Origin: an uncultured Candidatus Saccharibacteria bacterium | GTDB taxonomy: Bacteria; Patescibacteriota; Minisyncoccia; Phycocordibacterales; UBA9973 | Direction of reading: 5' to 3' | NCBI GenBank assembly: GCA_964482735.1 | Contig: CAYZYV010000003.1 | Coordinates: 63,097 to 127,096, forward strand | DNA length: 64,000 nucleotides | Notes under the pieces: generated by a model | Told to the model about the DNA's origin: nothing | The model's input: only the letters and a program-made list of their open reading frames with translations | Databases searched by the model: none | Program-made: the position numbers and the translations under genes | Shown here: positions 49,611 to 59,464 of the stretch, in pieces | Numbering within the stretch: position 1 is the stretch's first letter | Layout: each line of letters opens with the position of its first letter

Positions 49611-50978
49611 ATGCCATTAAACAAAGGAAATAAAATACAAACCGTTAAGTATTCTCCTCCTCCTCCAAATCTTCCAATGCTTGGGAAGGTAGATCCTAGC
49701 CAAGCTGTTTTTATTGGAAGAACAAATTATGTAGCAGCCTTGGAAGAAAAGAGGTTTGTTTTTGGTATTAATCAAAACGATAGAAGACGTCATGTTTATA
49801 TTGTAGGTAAATCTGGGGTAGGTAAATCAAAATTAGAAGAAGTAATGATTCGTCAGGATATTGCTTATGGCAGAGGTGTATGTGTTATCGATCCGTACGG
49901 AGAATTAGTAGAAGAGATATTAAATTTTATTCCTAAAAATAGAGTAAATGATGTTTGTATCTTTAATCCTGAAGATGTTAATTTTCCTGCATCCTTTAAT
50001 CCATTTTCAAGGGTAGAACCGACATTCAGACACCAATTTACTCAAAGTATCGTAGAAATTTTACAGAAACAATTTGGAAATGATTGGAGTCCTAGAATAG
50101 AGCATGTGATTCGTTTTTCAGTATTAGCTTTGCTTGATTGTGAAAATTCAAACATGCGAGGGATGATTCGTATTTTGATTGATAAAAAATATCGAGAAAA
50201 GGTTATAGATAATATAAAAGACGACATGGTTCGTCATTTCTGGAAAGAAGAGTTTGAAGAGTGGTCTAAGAAGTTTGATTCTGAAGTAATAATTCCTATC
50301 GTGAACAAGTTGTGGCAATTTCTTTCTAACCCGATGCTTACCAACATATTTGGTCAAAAGGAAAACAAAATAGATTTTGAAAAAATAATGAATAATAAAA
50401 AAATTATTCTTGTTAACTTAGCTAAGGATAAAATCGGAGATGAAAATGCTTCATTCTTGGGTGCCTTGTTTATGACAAAAATTAGACAAGCAGGTATGTC
50501 TCGAGCAAAGTTGAATCCTTCAGAAAAGAATGATTTTTATCTTTATATTGATGAATTTAATAATATAATAACTGATGGTTTTGAAAACATTTTATCTGAG
50601 TCTAGAAAATATGGAATTAATTTAACTATTGCCCATCAATATATCGGTCAATTGTCTCAAAAAATAGAACAAGCAGTTTTAGGTAATATAGGAACTATAA
50701 TTTTGTTTAGGGTTGGGGGAGACGATGCTACCAAGTTGCGATCTGAATTCGCTCCTATTTTTGATGTTAAAGATATGATTAATTTAGGAACAGGAGAGTT
50801 TTACATTAAGATGATAATAAATGGTGAAAGTTATGACCCATTTTCATCAGAAACCTTAGAAGTTTTACCGACACCACACACATCTTTTAGAGAAGAAGTT
50901 TTAGGTTCTTCTAGAAGATTCTATGCTACCACAGAAGAAAACGCTTCTAAAATTATGGCTGAAGATGAATCTTCTTAA
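49611..50978 (+). CDS. Soluble FtsK/HerA-superfamily P-loop ATPase resembling T4SS coupling-protein (VirD4/TraG/TrwB) DNA-binding ATPase domains; paralogue 1
   Basis: Walker A VYIVGKSGVGKS, Walker B LYIDEFNNI, arginine finger and sensor SESRKYGINLTIAHQY. No TM segments. Confidence 0.55.
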   Translation: MPLNKGNKIQTVKYSPPPPNLPMLGKVDPSQAVFIGRTNYVAALEEKRFVFGINQNDRRRHVYIVGKSGVGKSKLEEVMIRQDIAYGRGVCVIDPYGELVEEILNFIPKNRVNDVCIFNPEDVNFPASFNPFSRVEPTFRHQFTQSIVEILQKQFGNDWSPRIEHVIRFSVLALLDCENSNMRGMIRILIDKKYREKVIDNIKDDMVRHFWKEEFEEWSKKFDSEVIIPIVNKLWQFLSNPMLTNIFGQKENKIDFEKIMNNKKIILVNLAKDKIGDENASFLGALFMTKIRQAGMSRAKLNPSEKNDFYLYIDEFNNIITDGFENILSESRKYGINLTIAHQYIGQLSQKIEQAVLGNIGTIILFRVGGDDATKLRSEFAPIFDVKDMINLGTGEFYIKMIINGESYDPFSSETLEVLPTPHTSFREEVLGSSRRFYATTEENASKIMAEDESS

Positions 50979-51026
50979 AATAAAGCTTTTTAGTTTGTTT
51001 TAAATAAGGTATAATAAAAGTAATTT

Positions 51027-53111
51027 ATGGATAACGAAATTCCTAATAATAAAGATATCACTTATTTTGCGAAGACTAATTTTCGTAATACAAATACTGT
51101 TTTTGGAATAAAAAGAAAAGATCGTCGTCAGCACATGTATGTCCTCGGTAAATCTGGTACCGGTAAATCTGTTTTGTTGCATAATTTAATAACTCAAAAC
51201 ATTAAAAATGGAGAGGGCGTTTGTGTAATAGATCCTCACGGAGAACTTGCTGAAGAAATACTAGAATTGATACCAGAAAATCGCATAAAAGATGTTATTT
51301 ATTTTAACCCGGCAGATCCTGATTTTCATATAGGTTTTAACGTTCTACAGATTGATGACCCTAAGCTTAAGCACTTAGTTGCTTCTGGTATTATGGGTAT
51401 TTTTACTAAAATTTGGGCAAATGCTTGGAGCTCTCGTATGGAGTACATTTTAAACAATGCTATTTTGGCCCTCTTAGATACGCCAGGAACTACACTTTTG
51501 GGGATACCTCGTCTTTTAGTCGATAAAGAGTATCGTCAAATGATTATAGGCAATCTAAAAGATCCAATTGTTAAATCTTTTTGGTTGCACGAATACGAGG
51601 AATGGAGAGACCAATTTAGAAATGAAGCGATTGCCCCTATTCAAAATAAAGTTGGACAATTTTTGTCTACTTCTATCATTAGAAATGTGGTTGGTCAATC
51701 AAAATCAACAATTGATATCTTCAAAATAATGAACGAAGGTAAAATCTTTATTGTTAATGTTTCAAAAGGAAGAATAGGGGAAGATAACTCAGCTTTGCTT
51801 GGAGGTATGATTATTACCAAGCTTCAATTGGCAGCTATGGAGAGAGTTCGTATTCCTGAAAACGAGAGAAGAGATTTCTATCTTTATGTTGATGAATTTC
51901 AGAACTTTGCTACTGAATCTTTTGCCAACATTCTTTCTGAAGCGAGAAAGTATCGTTTAAATTTAATTATTGCTCACCAATATATAGCTCAAATAGCAAA
52001 CTCTGAAGGTTCCAAAGTTTCTGATGCAGTTTTTGGTAACGTTGGAACAATGATTATTTTTAGAGTAGGAGCAGAAGATGCCCAGTTTTTGGAAAAAGAA
52101 TTTGAACCAGAATTTACAGCTCAAGACTTGGTTAGCTTACCAAATTACAATATCTATTTGAAATTAATGGTAGATGGTGTAACTAGTCGTCCTTTTTCAG
52201 CAATAACTTTACCACCAATGGTTTCTGTTGATCCTGACAATGATACTAAAGAAAGAATCATAGAGTCCTCAAGGGTCTTGTATGCACGATCACGAACCGA
52301 AGTAGAATCAGAGATAACCAAATGGAGTACCACTCTTCAGACAAACGAAGGTGAAGCTAAATATAAAGTAGAGTGTACAAACTGTAAAAAGCAAACTACT
52401 GTTCCTTTTGAACCAAAGGAAGGAAAACCCGTTTACTGCAAGGAGTGTTTAATAAAAATAAAAAGCGGGGAGTTAAAACCAGAAAAAGGATTTTTTGTAC
52501 CAAAGACCAACAATCAAGAAAATAAAGAAGCTGTAGCTTCTCTCGCTTCTTTAGGTATAGAATTCAAATCAGATATTAATCATAATAACAGAGATAATTT
52601 TTCTAGAAGACAAGAACAAAAAACAAACCCAGATCACAATCAACCAAAAAATAGTCATTCTTTTAATCCAAAAGAAAATCCAAGAAATAATAATGATTTT
52701 GAAAGAAGAAAAAGTTCTGGGCCATCACCACTTCTTCGTGGTTTGTTGGAAAAAATAAAATCAGGACAAGTTTCAGAGATAAAAGAAGAAAAAATAGATC
52801 TAGTAGAAGAGAAAGTAAAAACACCTGAACCTGTTTCTTTAGCTACTCTTAAATCAGATAATCCTAGCGATAAAAACACAATGATTTCAACTAAAGAAAT
52901 TTCAGATGCTCATTTATCGACCTTGAAAGACGCTTTAAGTAAAATCACAGACAAGCAAAACTCATTTGATAACTCAAAAAAAGAGCCAATTCAAAATAAT
53001 ACTGAAGTAAAGGCCGAAGATAATCAAAACGACACCTCTGCCCCTTCGTGGCAAAACAAAAAAACTGTCAAAGAAGTCCCCGAAGAAGTATTGAGAAAAG
53101 TTCTAGAATAA
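51027..53111 (+). CDS. Paralogue 2 of the same ATPase family, with a C-terminal CxxC...CxxC zinc ribbon and a ~230-aa low-complexity (N/K/E-rich) tail
   Basis: MYVLGKSGTGKS, LYVDEFQNF, SEARKYRLNLIIAHQY; ECTNCKKQ...CKEC. Confidence 0.55.
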   Translation: MDNEIPNNKDITYFAKTNFRNTNTVFGIKRKDRRQHMYVLGKSGTGKSVLLHNLITQNIKNGEGVCVIDPHGELAEEILELIPENRIKDVIYFNPADPDFHIGFNVLQIDDPKLKHLVASGIMGIFTKIWANAWSSRMEYILNNAILALLDTPGTTLLGIPRLLVDKEYRQMIIGNLKDPIVKSFWLHEYEEWRDQFRNEAIAPIQNKVGQFLSTSIIRNVVGQSKSTIDIFKIMNEGKIFIVNVSKGRIGEDNSALLGGMIITKLQLAAMERVRIPENERRDFYLYVDEFQNFATESFANILSEARKYRLNLIIAHQYIAQIANSEGSKVSDAVFGNVGTMIIFRVGAEDAQFLEKEFEPEFTAQDLVSLPNYNIYLKLMVDGVTSRPFSAITLPPMVSVDPDNDTKERIIESSRVLYARSRTEVESEITKWSTTLQTNEGEAKYKVECTNCKKQTTVPFEPKEGKPVYCKECLIKIKSGELKPEKGFFVPKTNNQENKEAVASLASLGIEFKSDINHNNRDNFSRRQEQKTNPDHNQPKNSHSFNPKENPRNNNDFERRKSSGPSPLLRGLLEKIKSGQVSEIKEEKIDLVEEKVKTPEPVSLATLKSDNPSDKNTMISTKEISDAHLSTLKDALSKITDKQNSFDNSKKEPIQNNTEVKAEDNQNDTSAPSWQNKKTVKEVPEEVLRKVLE

Positions 53112-53114
53112 TAT

Positions 53115-54545
53115 ATGGGCAAGATTATCAAAAAAACACTTTTTATTCTCCCAATAATAGTGTTTTTTGTTTTTGGAGTAAAAGAAGCTTTTGCTAAGAT
53201 AGTTATAAATGAAATACAAATAGCGCCTACCGTAGATCGTTTTGTTGAGTTATACAATGATTCTGGATCAGAAGTAGATTTGACCGGACACTATCTCCAA
53301 AGGAAGACAAATACAAGCGAAAAATATACTTCTTTTGTTACAAGTACAAAATTGGCTGGTAAGAAAATATCTGCCAATGGATTATTCTTGATATCTAAAG
53401 AATCTCTTGGGTTAGAATCTTTAACTATAACAGAAAATAATTCTATTCAACTAAAAAACAGTAAACAGGAAATTGTTTATAAAATCGGATTAGGGGATTC
53501 TGATGATTGTGGAAATATCTGCATTTCTAATCCCGAAGACGGTAAAAGTGTTCAAAGGGTGAATGATAATGAATGGATAATGGGCAGCCCGACACCGGGA
53601 GACGATAATATAAGAGAAGAGCAGGAAAATAATGGAGAAAGTGAAGAAGAAAGTTCTTCTAGTTATTCAGGAAAAAGTGAAAAAGAAAAAATAGTTTTGA
53701 ACCCTTCAATAGCTACCAAAATAATTTCCCCTAAGGTTGTAGTTGCAGGTGTCCCGTTCGTTATCAATCACAATACTATAGGTTATAAAAACGAGAAGAT
53801 TATACACGATCGTTTTGTTTGGAATTTTGGAGATGGTAATTTTAAAGAAATGGATCCATGTTTACCTTTTAGTTATACTTATCAATATCCTGGAGATTAT
53901 GTCTTAAGCCTGTCTTACTATGAGACAACTTTTAGTGAAATACCTGAGGCGACAGATAGGCTAAATATAAAAGTTATCCCTTCTGGTATAAAAATTTCTT
54001 CGATTGGAGGCATTGAAGATCCTTATGTCGAATTAGAAAACAGTTCCAGTCATGAAATGGTTTTAAACAAATGGTCCATAGTAGGAGATGGACATATATT
54101 TACAATACCTGACGGAACCACTATTTTACCAAATAAAAAAATAAAATTTTCATCAAAAACGACCGGTTTTAAATTAGAAAATTTAATGCATCTAAAAATA
54201 ATTGATACTGAGGGTACTCTATTTGCAACATACCCTAAATTTGAAAATTTTAAAATAAATAAAAATGTTTCTAATTCTAAAAATACTCAATCTCAAGAAA
54301 AAGTCATTGAAAATAAGCAGGGTGTAACTTTTGATAAAGAAGAAAAAGTCGTTAACCTCAACTCTCTTTCTTCTTCTGCTTATAACTCAAATAGACGAGA
54401 CGACAAAATAATCTTTTATTTTGGGCTATTTTTGGTGGTAGCTTTGGGTGTAATGGCTATTATAACTATCAAAAAATCGGATAATGGTAAAAACAGAGAA
54501 CTAGAAGAAGAATTAAGTGCCAAAGATTTCAAAATCACAGAATAA
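53115..54545 (+). CDS. Secreted, C-terminally membrane-anchored surface protein with two lamin-tail (LTD) domains flanking a PKD-like domain
   Basis: Signal peptide. LTD: VINEIQIAPTVDRFVELYNDSGSEVDLTGHYL and a second PYVELENSSSHEMVLNKWSI. PKD: WNFGDGNF...YTYQYPGDYVLSL. C-terminal TM: LFLVVALGVMAIITI. Confidence 0.65.
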   Translation: MGKIIKKTLFILPIIVFFVFGVKEAFAKIVINEIQIAPTVDRFVELYNDSGSEVDLTGHYLQRKTNTSEKYTSFVTSTKLAGKKISANGLFLISKESLGLESLTITENNSIQLKNSKQEIVYKIGLGDSDDCGNICISNPEDGKSVQRVNDNEWIMGSPTPGDDNIREEQENNGESEEESSSSYSGKSEKEKIVLNPSIATKIISPKVVVAGVPFVINHNTIGYKNEKIIHDRFVWNFGDGNFKEMDPCLPFSYTYQYPGDYVLSLSYYETTFSEIPEATDRLNIKVIPSGIKISSIGGIEDPYVELENSSSHEMVLNKWSIVGDGHIFTIPDGTTILPNKKIKFSSKTTGFKLENLMHLKIIDTEGTLFATYPKFENFKINKNVSNSKNTQSQEKVIENKQGVTFDKEEKVVNLNSLSSSAYNSNRRDDKIIFYFGLFLVVALGVMAIITIKKSDNGKNRELEEELSAKDFKITE

Positions 54546-54721
54546 TTTGACTATTAATCGTTTTTGATATATAATATAGGTAAGTTAGATTAATTTAATT
54601 TTGTTGTTATAGAATCTTTTGATTCTATAACATACAATAATATAAATTTTTTAACTTTTAAGAGCACTCTTCGGAGAGCTCGCCCAATAAACGGGGGTCT
54701 GCTTTTGCAGATAGCCGTTTT

Positions 54722-55309
54722 TTATTTATGCTCAATTTTTTCTAAGGCCACTTTTATTTTCTTAAAATCTTTAATCAATGTTTCTCTCATCCCGCCATTG
54801 TATAAAGCGGCTGCTGGATGGTATAAAGGCATGAAAGCTTGTTTACCAAATTCATCTGTGTTTTTTATCAAAAGCTTTCCGTGTATTTCAGATATTTTTT
54901 CAGTAGGGAAGAAACGTGTCATAGAATGTCTTCCTAAAAACACTATTAATTTTGGAGAAATAATTTTAATTTCATTAATTAGCCACTCGTTGCACAATTC
55001 CTTTTCTTCAGGTAGTGGATCGCGGTTATTAGGCGGTCTGTATTTAACTATGTTTGTGATATAAATATCTTCTCTTTTTAATCCTATACTATTAAGCATT
55101 TCAGCTAGGAATTTACCAGCTGCTCCAACAAATGGGACACCTTGTTCATCTTCACTTTTTCCAGGTGCTTCTCCTATAAAGATAATCTGACTATCTGGAT
55201 TTCCTTTGCCAAAAACAGCCCTTGTTGCAGTTTTTCTAAGCTCACATTTACAATTCTCTTGCCAGTACTTATTTAATTCATCCAGTCTCTCTTTTTTTGA
55301 CATAACCAC
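54722..55309 (-). CDS. Uracil-DNA glycosylase, family 4
   Basis: IFIGEAPGKSEDEQGVPFVGAAGKFL motif and an N-terminal Cys cluster. Confidence 0.8.
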   Translation of the reverse strand: MVMSKKERLDELNKYWQENCKCELRKTATRAVFGKGNPDSQIIFIGEAPGKSEDEQGVPFVGAAGKFLAEMLNSIGLKREDIYITNIVKYRPPNNRDPLPEEKELCNEWLINEIKIISPKLIVFLGRHSMTRFFPTEKISEIHGKLLIKNTDEFGKQAFMPLYHPAAALYNGGMRETLIKDFKKIKVALEKIEHK

Positions 55310-55332
55310 ATTGTAACAAAAAATTAAGAATA

Positions 55333-55590
55333 TTGTATAATACCAATATGAAGAAAAACAAAATTATCGAATTAGTGGGGTGGTATGGTGTTGTTGCCAT
55401 CTTGGCAGCCTATATGCTATTGAGTTTTGGATTTATTGCTTCTAACAGTTTAATATACCAAATTTTAAATGGAACAGGAGCTTTGGGAATTGTTTTTGAT
55501 GCCCTAAAAGACAAAAATTATCAGCCTGCTGTGTTGAATACAATCTGGGCACTAGTTGCTATTTTTGCCTTATTTAAAATTTTAATCTAA
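55333..55590 (+). CDS. Hypothetical small two-TM membrane protein
   Basis: Two hydrophobic helices; no recognisable domain. Confidence 0.4.
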   Translation: MYNTNMKKNKIIELVGWYGVVAILAAYMLLSFGFIASNSLIYQILNGTGALGIVFDALKDKNYQPAVLNTIWALVAIFALFKILI

Positions 55591-55620
55591 AAAATAAACA
55601 GTCTAAACTGTTTGTTAATG

Positions 55621-55702
55621 TGCCGGAGAGAGGACTTGAACCTCCATCCCTTTCGAGACGCGATTTTGAGTCGCGCGCGTATACCAATTCCGCCACTCCG
55701 GC
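55621..55702 (-). tRNA. tRNA-Leu (anticodon CAA), type II with a long variable arm
   Basis: Acceptor gccggag/ctccggc, anticodon stem cgcga/tcgcg, loop ct-caa-aa, variable arm tctcgaaagggatg, T-loop ttcaagt. A terminator hairpin lies immediately 3' of it (55575-55620, minus strand). Confidence 0.85.
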
Positions 55703-55784
55703 ATGAGTAAGACTAGTATACCAAATTATCATAAAAAATCCAGGATATTGCATTTTTAACCATTTTATAGTAGTATAACCGTAT

Positions 55785-55943
55785 ATGTCACAAGATAGAC
55801 TTTTCAAATTAGCCTGTACTGAGTGCAAACGCATTAATTACTGGTCAAGCAAGAACAAAAAACTCGTCACTAAAAAGATTGAGCTTAATAAGTATTGCAA
55901 GTGGTGTAAGAAAAATACAAAACATAAAGAAGCTAAAAAATAA
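55785..55943 (+). CDS. rpmG: 50S ribosomal protein L33 (52 aa; below the ORF-track cutoff)
   Basis: Hand translation: [52 protein letters not shown]. CxxC...CxxC zinc ribbon typical of L33. Confidence 0.8.
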   Translation: MSQDRLFKLACTECKRINYWSSKNKKLVTKKIELNKYCKWCKKNTKHKEAKK

Positions 55944-55970
55944 AACCCCAAATTGGGGTTTTATTTTTTT
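55942..55970 (+). terminator. Intrinsic terminator after rpmG
   Basis: aaaaccccaaattggggttttattttttt. Confidence 0.75.
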
Positions 55971-55981
55971 AGCTATTTTAC

Positions 55982-55998
55982 CTGCGGGCGATGGAGGA
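55982..55998 (-). repeat. 17-bp direct repeat of the tRNA-Trp 3' end (attR-like)
   Basis: ctgcgggcgatggagga is identical at 55982-55998 and 56768-56784. Confidence 0.8.
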
Positions 55999-56246
55999 CC
56001 GTGATTACACTTATCGCCTATTACATAGGCAGGTACTTTTCCACCTCTCTTCACTCGTACGGAAAAGTCTTTCGATTCCTCCACGCACATGAAGCAATTC
56101 ATGTGCTATCGCCCAATATTAAAAACAGCTTACGCTGTTTTTAATCTGCGGAGACACTCGTGTTAGAACCTTTCACTGACAAGCCCTGTAACGTTATTTC
56201 TAATAATTTTATTATATCAAATTGACGTACCTTGTGCGATCTTATT

Positions 56247-56735
56247 TTATTCAATAAAATTTAATATTTTTTCTGGAGACGAAACATTATTATCTACAAA
56301 ATCGTTAATTTTTTGCCAATCCTTAAACAAAAATTTGTTAGGATTTTGAGTTTCGATTTTTAGTGGAATTTCAATATAAGAATCTGCTTGTATTTCTCTA
56401 GGGACTATATAGTTACCTTTTTCTATATCCATATCTTTAGTATTTTCTAAAATTGAAGCATCATAATTTTTCAAATCAGCTAATGGTATTCTAATTGTAA
56501 TTATTGAACCATTTGTTGATCTTGTTTTAATGTAATTCTTTAAATCTTGTATATTATCAGTAAACCAATTTCCTATAATTTCTTTTTTTGAGACTACATT
56601 TTCACGTTTTTCATCATATTCAGTATTCGGGGTATCATAACGATATAAAGAAGTATACTCATTATTATGATAGAGTTGTTTTAATTTTTCTTTTCTTTCA
56701 AATTTATTATTTAACTGTAGGTTTTCTAATGACAT
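56247..56735 (-). CDS. Hypothetical protein (162 aa), the only ORF between tRNA-Trp and its downstream direct repeat
   Basis: No recognisable motifs; not hydrophobic. Confidence 0.4.
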   Translation of the reverse strand: MSLENLQLNNKFERKEKLKQLYHNNEYTSLYRYDTPNTEYDEKRENVVSKKEIIGNWFTDNIQDLKNYIKTRSTNGSIITIRIPLADLKNYDASILENTKDMDIEKGNYIVPREIQADSYIEIPLKIETQNPNKFLFKDWQKINDFVDNNVSSPEKILNFIE

Positions 56736-56768
56736 ATTAATTATCTAATATCTTGTGCTATCACGACT

Positions 56769-56841
56769 CTGCGGGCGATGGAGGAATCGAACCCCCGCCA
56801 AAAGTTTTGGAGACTTTTGTTCTACCACTAAACTAATCGCC
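56769..56841 (-). tRNA. tRNA-Trp (anticodon CCA)
   Basis: Acceptor gggcgat/atcgccc, anticodon stem aaagt/acttt, loop ct-cca-aa, T-loop ttcgatt, discriminator G then CA. Confidence 0.85.
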
Positions 56842-56867
56842 CTTGAATTGCAGTATACTATAAAAAT

Positions 56868-57779
56868 CTATTTTTTCAAAAAGGTTACAATTTCTTTCTC
56901 AGCTCTCTTCAAGTCTGTCTTTTTGGTGGGATTTATCCAGATAGTGTCTTTATCTCTCTTAAACCAAGTATTTTGTCTTTTTGCGAAATGCCATATTTGA
57001 GAAAACAGTTTTTCTACCATTTCTTCTTTACTGATTTTTCCTTGTAAATAAAAAGCTGAATATCTGTATTCGAGTCCAAAGGATTCCATTTTTTTCCAAG
57101 AAACCCCTTCTTTGTGTAGTCTTTCCATTTCTTTTAACATACCCATTTTAATCCTTCTAATGAGCCTTATATAAATTCTTTCTTTTAATTTTTCACTAGG
57201 GAAGCCCAGTCCAATTTTTATTATGTTAAAAGAACTTTCGCTGATACATGGTTTAGGAACTTTCCCAAGTATTTTTGCGATTTCAATAGCTCTAATGACT
57301 CTCACTCTGTTGTTCTTGTCGATGTTATGAGCTCTCTCCTTGTCGAGTTTTAATAGATATTTAAATAAATAATCCGTTGTCTTTGAATTAAGTTGTTCTC
57401 TTAGTTTTTTGTTAGGGGGAACTTCAGGGAATGACGTCCCGTTAATTATAGAGTCTATGTAATATCCTGTACCCCCACAAATTATTGGAATTTTTCCATT
57501 GCTTAAAATATCTTTTATTTTTTTACTAGCCAACTTTTGATAGTCACTAACAGAAAAAGTTTTATTTTTTGGCGAAATTATATCAAGTATATAGTGGGGA
57601 ATACCTCGCATTTCTTTTTTTGTTATTTTCCCAGTGCCTAAATCCATTCCTTTGTACACTTGCCTAGAATCCGCAGAGATAATCTCTCCATTAAACTTCT
57701 TAGCTACATCCACGGCAAAATCACTTTTGCCAGTGGCTGTTTGTCCAAGTATTATGATGATTTTTGGTTTCTTTTCCAT
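56868..57779 (-). CDS. miaA: tRNA dimethylallyltransferase
   Basis: P-loop GQTATGKSDFAVDVAKKFNGEIISADSRQVYKGMDLGTGK. Start set at MEKKPKIIII. Confidence 0.85.
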   Translation of the reverse strand: MEKKPKIIIILGQTATGKSDFAVDVAKKFNGEIISADSRQVYKGMDLGTGKITKKEMRGIPHYILDIISPKNKTFSVSDYQKLASKKIKDILSNGKIPIICGGTGYYIDSIINGTSFPEVPPNKKLREQLNSKTTDYLFKYLLKLDKERAHNIDKNNRVRVIRAIEIAKILGKVPKPCISESSFNIIKIGLGFPSEKLKERIYIRLIRRIKMGMLKEMERLHKEGVSWKKMESFGLEYRYSAFYLQGKISKEEMVEKLFSQIWHFAKRQNTWFKRDKDTIWINPTKKTDLKRAEKEIVTFLKK

Positions 57780-57811
57780 GTCATTATATATTCGCATAAA
57801 AAAGACTTTTT

Positions 57812-57820
57812 TGCTATAAT
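57812..57820 (+). promoter_or_regulatory. Extended -10 (TGcTATAAT) 6 nt upstream of the ATG (leaderless)
   Basis: ttgctataatacaaacATG; the same tgctataataca box precedes leuS at 63619-63627. Confidence 0.35.
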
Positions 57821-57826
57821 ACAAAC

Positions 57827-58519
57827 ATGAAAACACCATTCGTTTTCTTGTCTGGTTTAGTAGTCTTATTGGCAATTATTATTATATACGATAACCCAAT
57901 AACGGGTAGAGAAAAGGGGCAAATTAAACCTTTTATAGATAAAGAGACAACTATTATAGGGGATTTTGTTGAATTAGATTTTTCACAATCTGATTTTGTG
58001 GTTCGCACCGAGAACGGAAAACTTTATCAAATAACAGGAGATAAATTACAAGAAATTATAACCCTTAATAATGTTCAGAGTATTAACAAGATAGAAGTTA
58101 CAGGAAAGTTATTTAGTCGGAAGGTGACAACCTTTGGTGCTAGAGACTCTGCTGAATTTATGATAGATGCAACCTCATACAAAATTCTTGGTTATAAAAA
58201 CAATAAAATCGAAGAACCGTTTGTGCCCAAAATAGTTACAGTACAGGGTTCCCTTATTAGATTACAGCACCCTTTTTGTTGTTTTTCTATTAGACTTGAA
58301 GACGATGGAGATTATGAGATGGAGGAGTATTTATTAGAGGGTGATAAGATACAAGGAATTCTTCTCTCCCTTGATTCTTTTGATAGTATAGATGAAATAA
58401 AAGTTACAGGGTTGTTATCTGAAGAAAAAAGAAGAATTCCTGAGGCTGGTGGTTTTGCTGATTGGAAAACAAAAGTAATTAACGTAACTTCTTTTGAAAT
58501 TATCAGTTATAAAGAATAA
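57827..58519 (+). CDS. Hypothetical membrane-anchored (N-terminal TM) protein
   Basis: N-terminal TM; beta-rich remainder; no motif recognised. Confidence 0.4.
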   Translation: MKTPFVFLSGLVVLLAIIIIYDNPITGREKGQIKPFIDKETTIIGDFVELDFSQSDFVVRTENGKLYQITGDKLQEIITLNNVQSINKIEVTGKLFSRKVTTFGARDSAEFMIDATSYKILGYKNNKIEEPFVPKIVTVQGSLIRLQHPFCCFSIRLEDDGDYEMEEYLLEGDKIQGILLSLDSFDSIDEIKVTGLLSEEKRRIPEAGGFADWKTKVINVTSFEIISYKE

Positions 58520-58587
58520 AGTTGGTTTTAGTTTTACAAAATAACAACATTCTTATACAAAAAATACTATAAGAATTTTTATACATT

Positions 58588-58890
58588 ATGTCATTCAAAT
58601 CATTTATTACGAAAAAAGCACTTCAGATGAAAGGTGTGTCTGCTGATCAAGCTGAAGAAATTGCAAAAAAATTAGAAGAAAATCCAGAAATGGTTGCGAG
58701 TATGAAGTCATTAGAAGACAATAAAGAAGTAAAAGCCTTGTTTGATAAAATTACAAAAGAAATTGAAGAAAAGAAAAAAGGCGGACTTGCAGAACAGTAC
58801 GCAGCGGTTTTAGTTATGGGGAAGTATAAGAATGAAATAATGAAATACAGAGAAGAACTTGAGCCTCTTCTTCGTTTAATGCAGAAATAA
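58588..58890 (+). CDS. Hypothetical small helical protein
   Basis: Charged and helical; no motif recognised. Confidence 0.35.
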   Translation: MSFKSFITKKALQMKGVSADQAEEIAKKLEENPEMVASMKSLEDNKEVKALFDKITKEIEEKKKGGLAEQYAAVLVMGKYKNEIMKYREELEPLLRLMQK

Positions 58891-58898
58891 TTTATCTT

Positions 58899-59426
58899 TT
58901 GTTTATGAAAAATAATTTTAAAAAGAAAATTATAATCGTAAACGACTTGATGCAAAAGAATTATCGGTACGAATTATCTGAACCAGAAGGCAGGAATTTT
59001 GACAAGGATTTCAAACCCGATCTAACTCCTAAACAAATGTTAGCGCTGGGTGTTTTTGGTGGAAAGTATATGACAGATTGTAAAAAAGAATTTCCTAAAG
59101 AATGGTGGGTAAAAACTAAACTTTGTCATGACTTTCATGACCCAAAACTTAATTATTTTGGAGTGAATGCAAGCCAACCACTTAGCGTATGGAGAAAGAA
59201 GGGATGGATTTACAAAGATGATCCAAGGGGTTGGTTCCAGTGGTATTGTAGATATTATATGGGGCGAAGACTAGGCGAAGAAGATAAGAGACAGATAAAA
59301 AGATGGAAAGCCATGAGTAGACACGTTGCTCAAGTTGTCAAAAACTGCCAAGTGGGTGATATTTATTGTCGCAGGGTTCAACGTCAGGCTTTGTTACATT
59401 GGGCGTATGACAGTAGAAAATTTTAA
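58899..59426 (+). CDS. Hypothetical conserved-looking protein (Trp/Cys-rich motifs GWFQWYCRYYMGRR)
   Basis: No family recognised from sequence alone. Confidence 0.35.
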   Translation: MFMKNNFKKKIIIVNDLMQKNYRYELSEPEGRNFDKDFKPDLTPKQMLALGVFGGKYMTDCKKEFPKEWWVKTKLCHDFHDPKLNYFGVNASQPLSVWRKKGWIYKDDPRGWFQWYCRYYMGRRLGEEDKRQIKRWKAMSRHVAQVVKNCQVGDIYCRRVQRQALLHWAYDSRKF

Positions 59427-59464
59427 AAATGATATAATAATTATATTGAAGTGATCGGTTTTGT

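Noticed and set aside
55574-56102. ORFs 55574..55834(-) and 55845..56102(-)
   Set aside because: The first spans tRNA-Leu and its terminator. The second is antisense to rpmG (L33), which has a far better match. Both are spurious.
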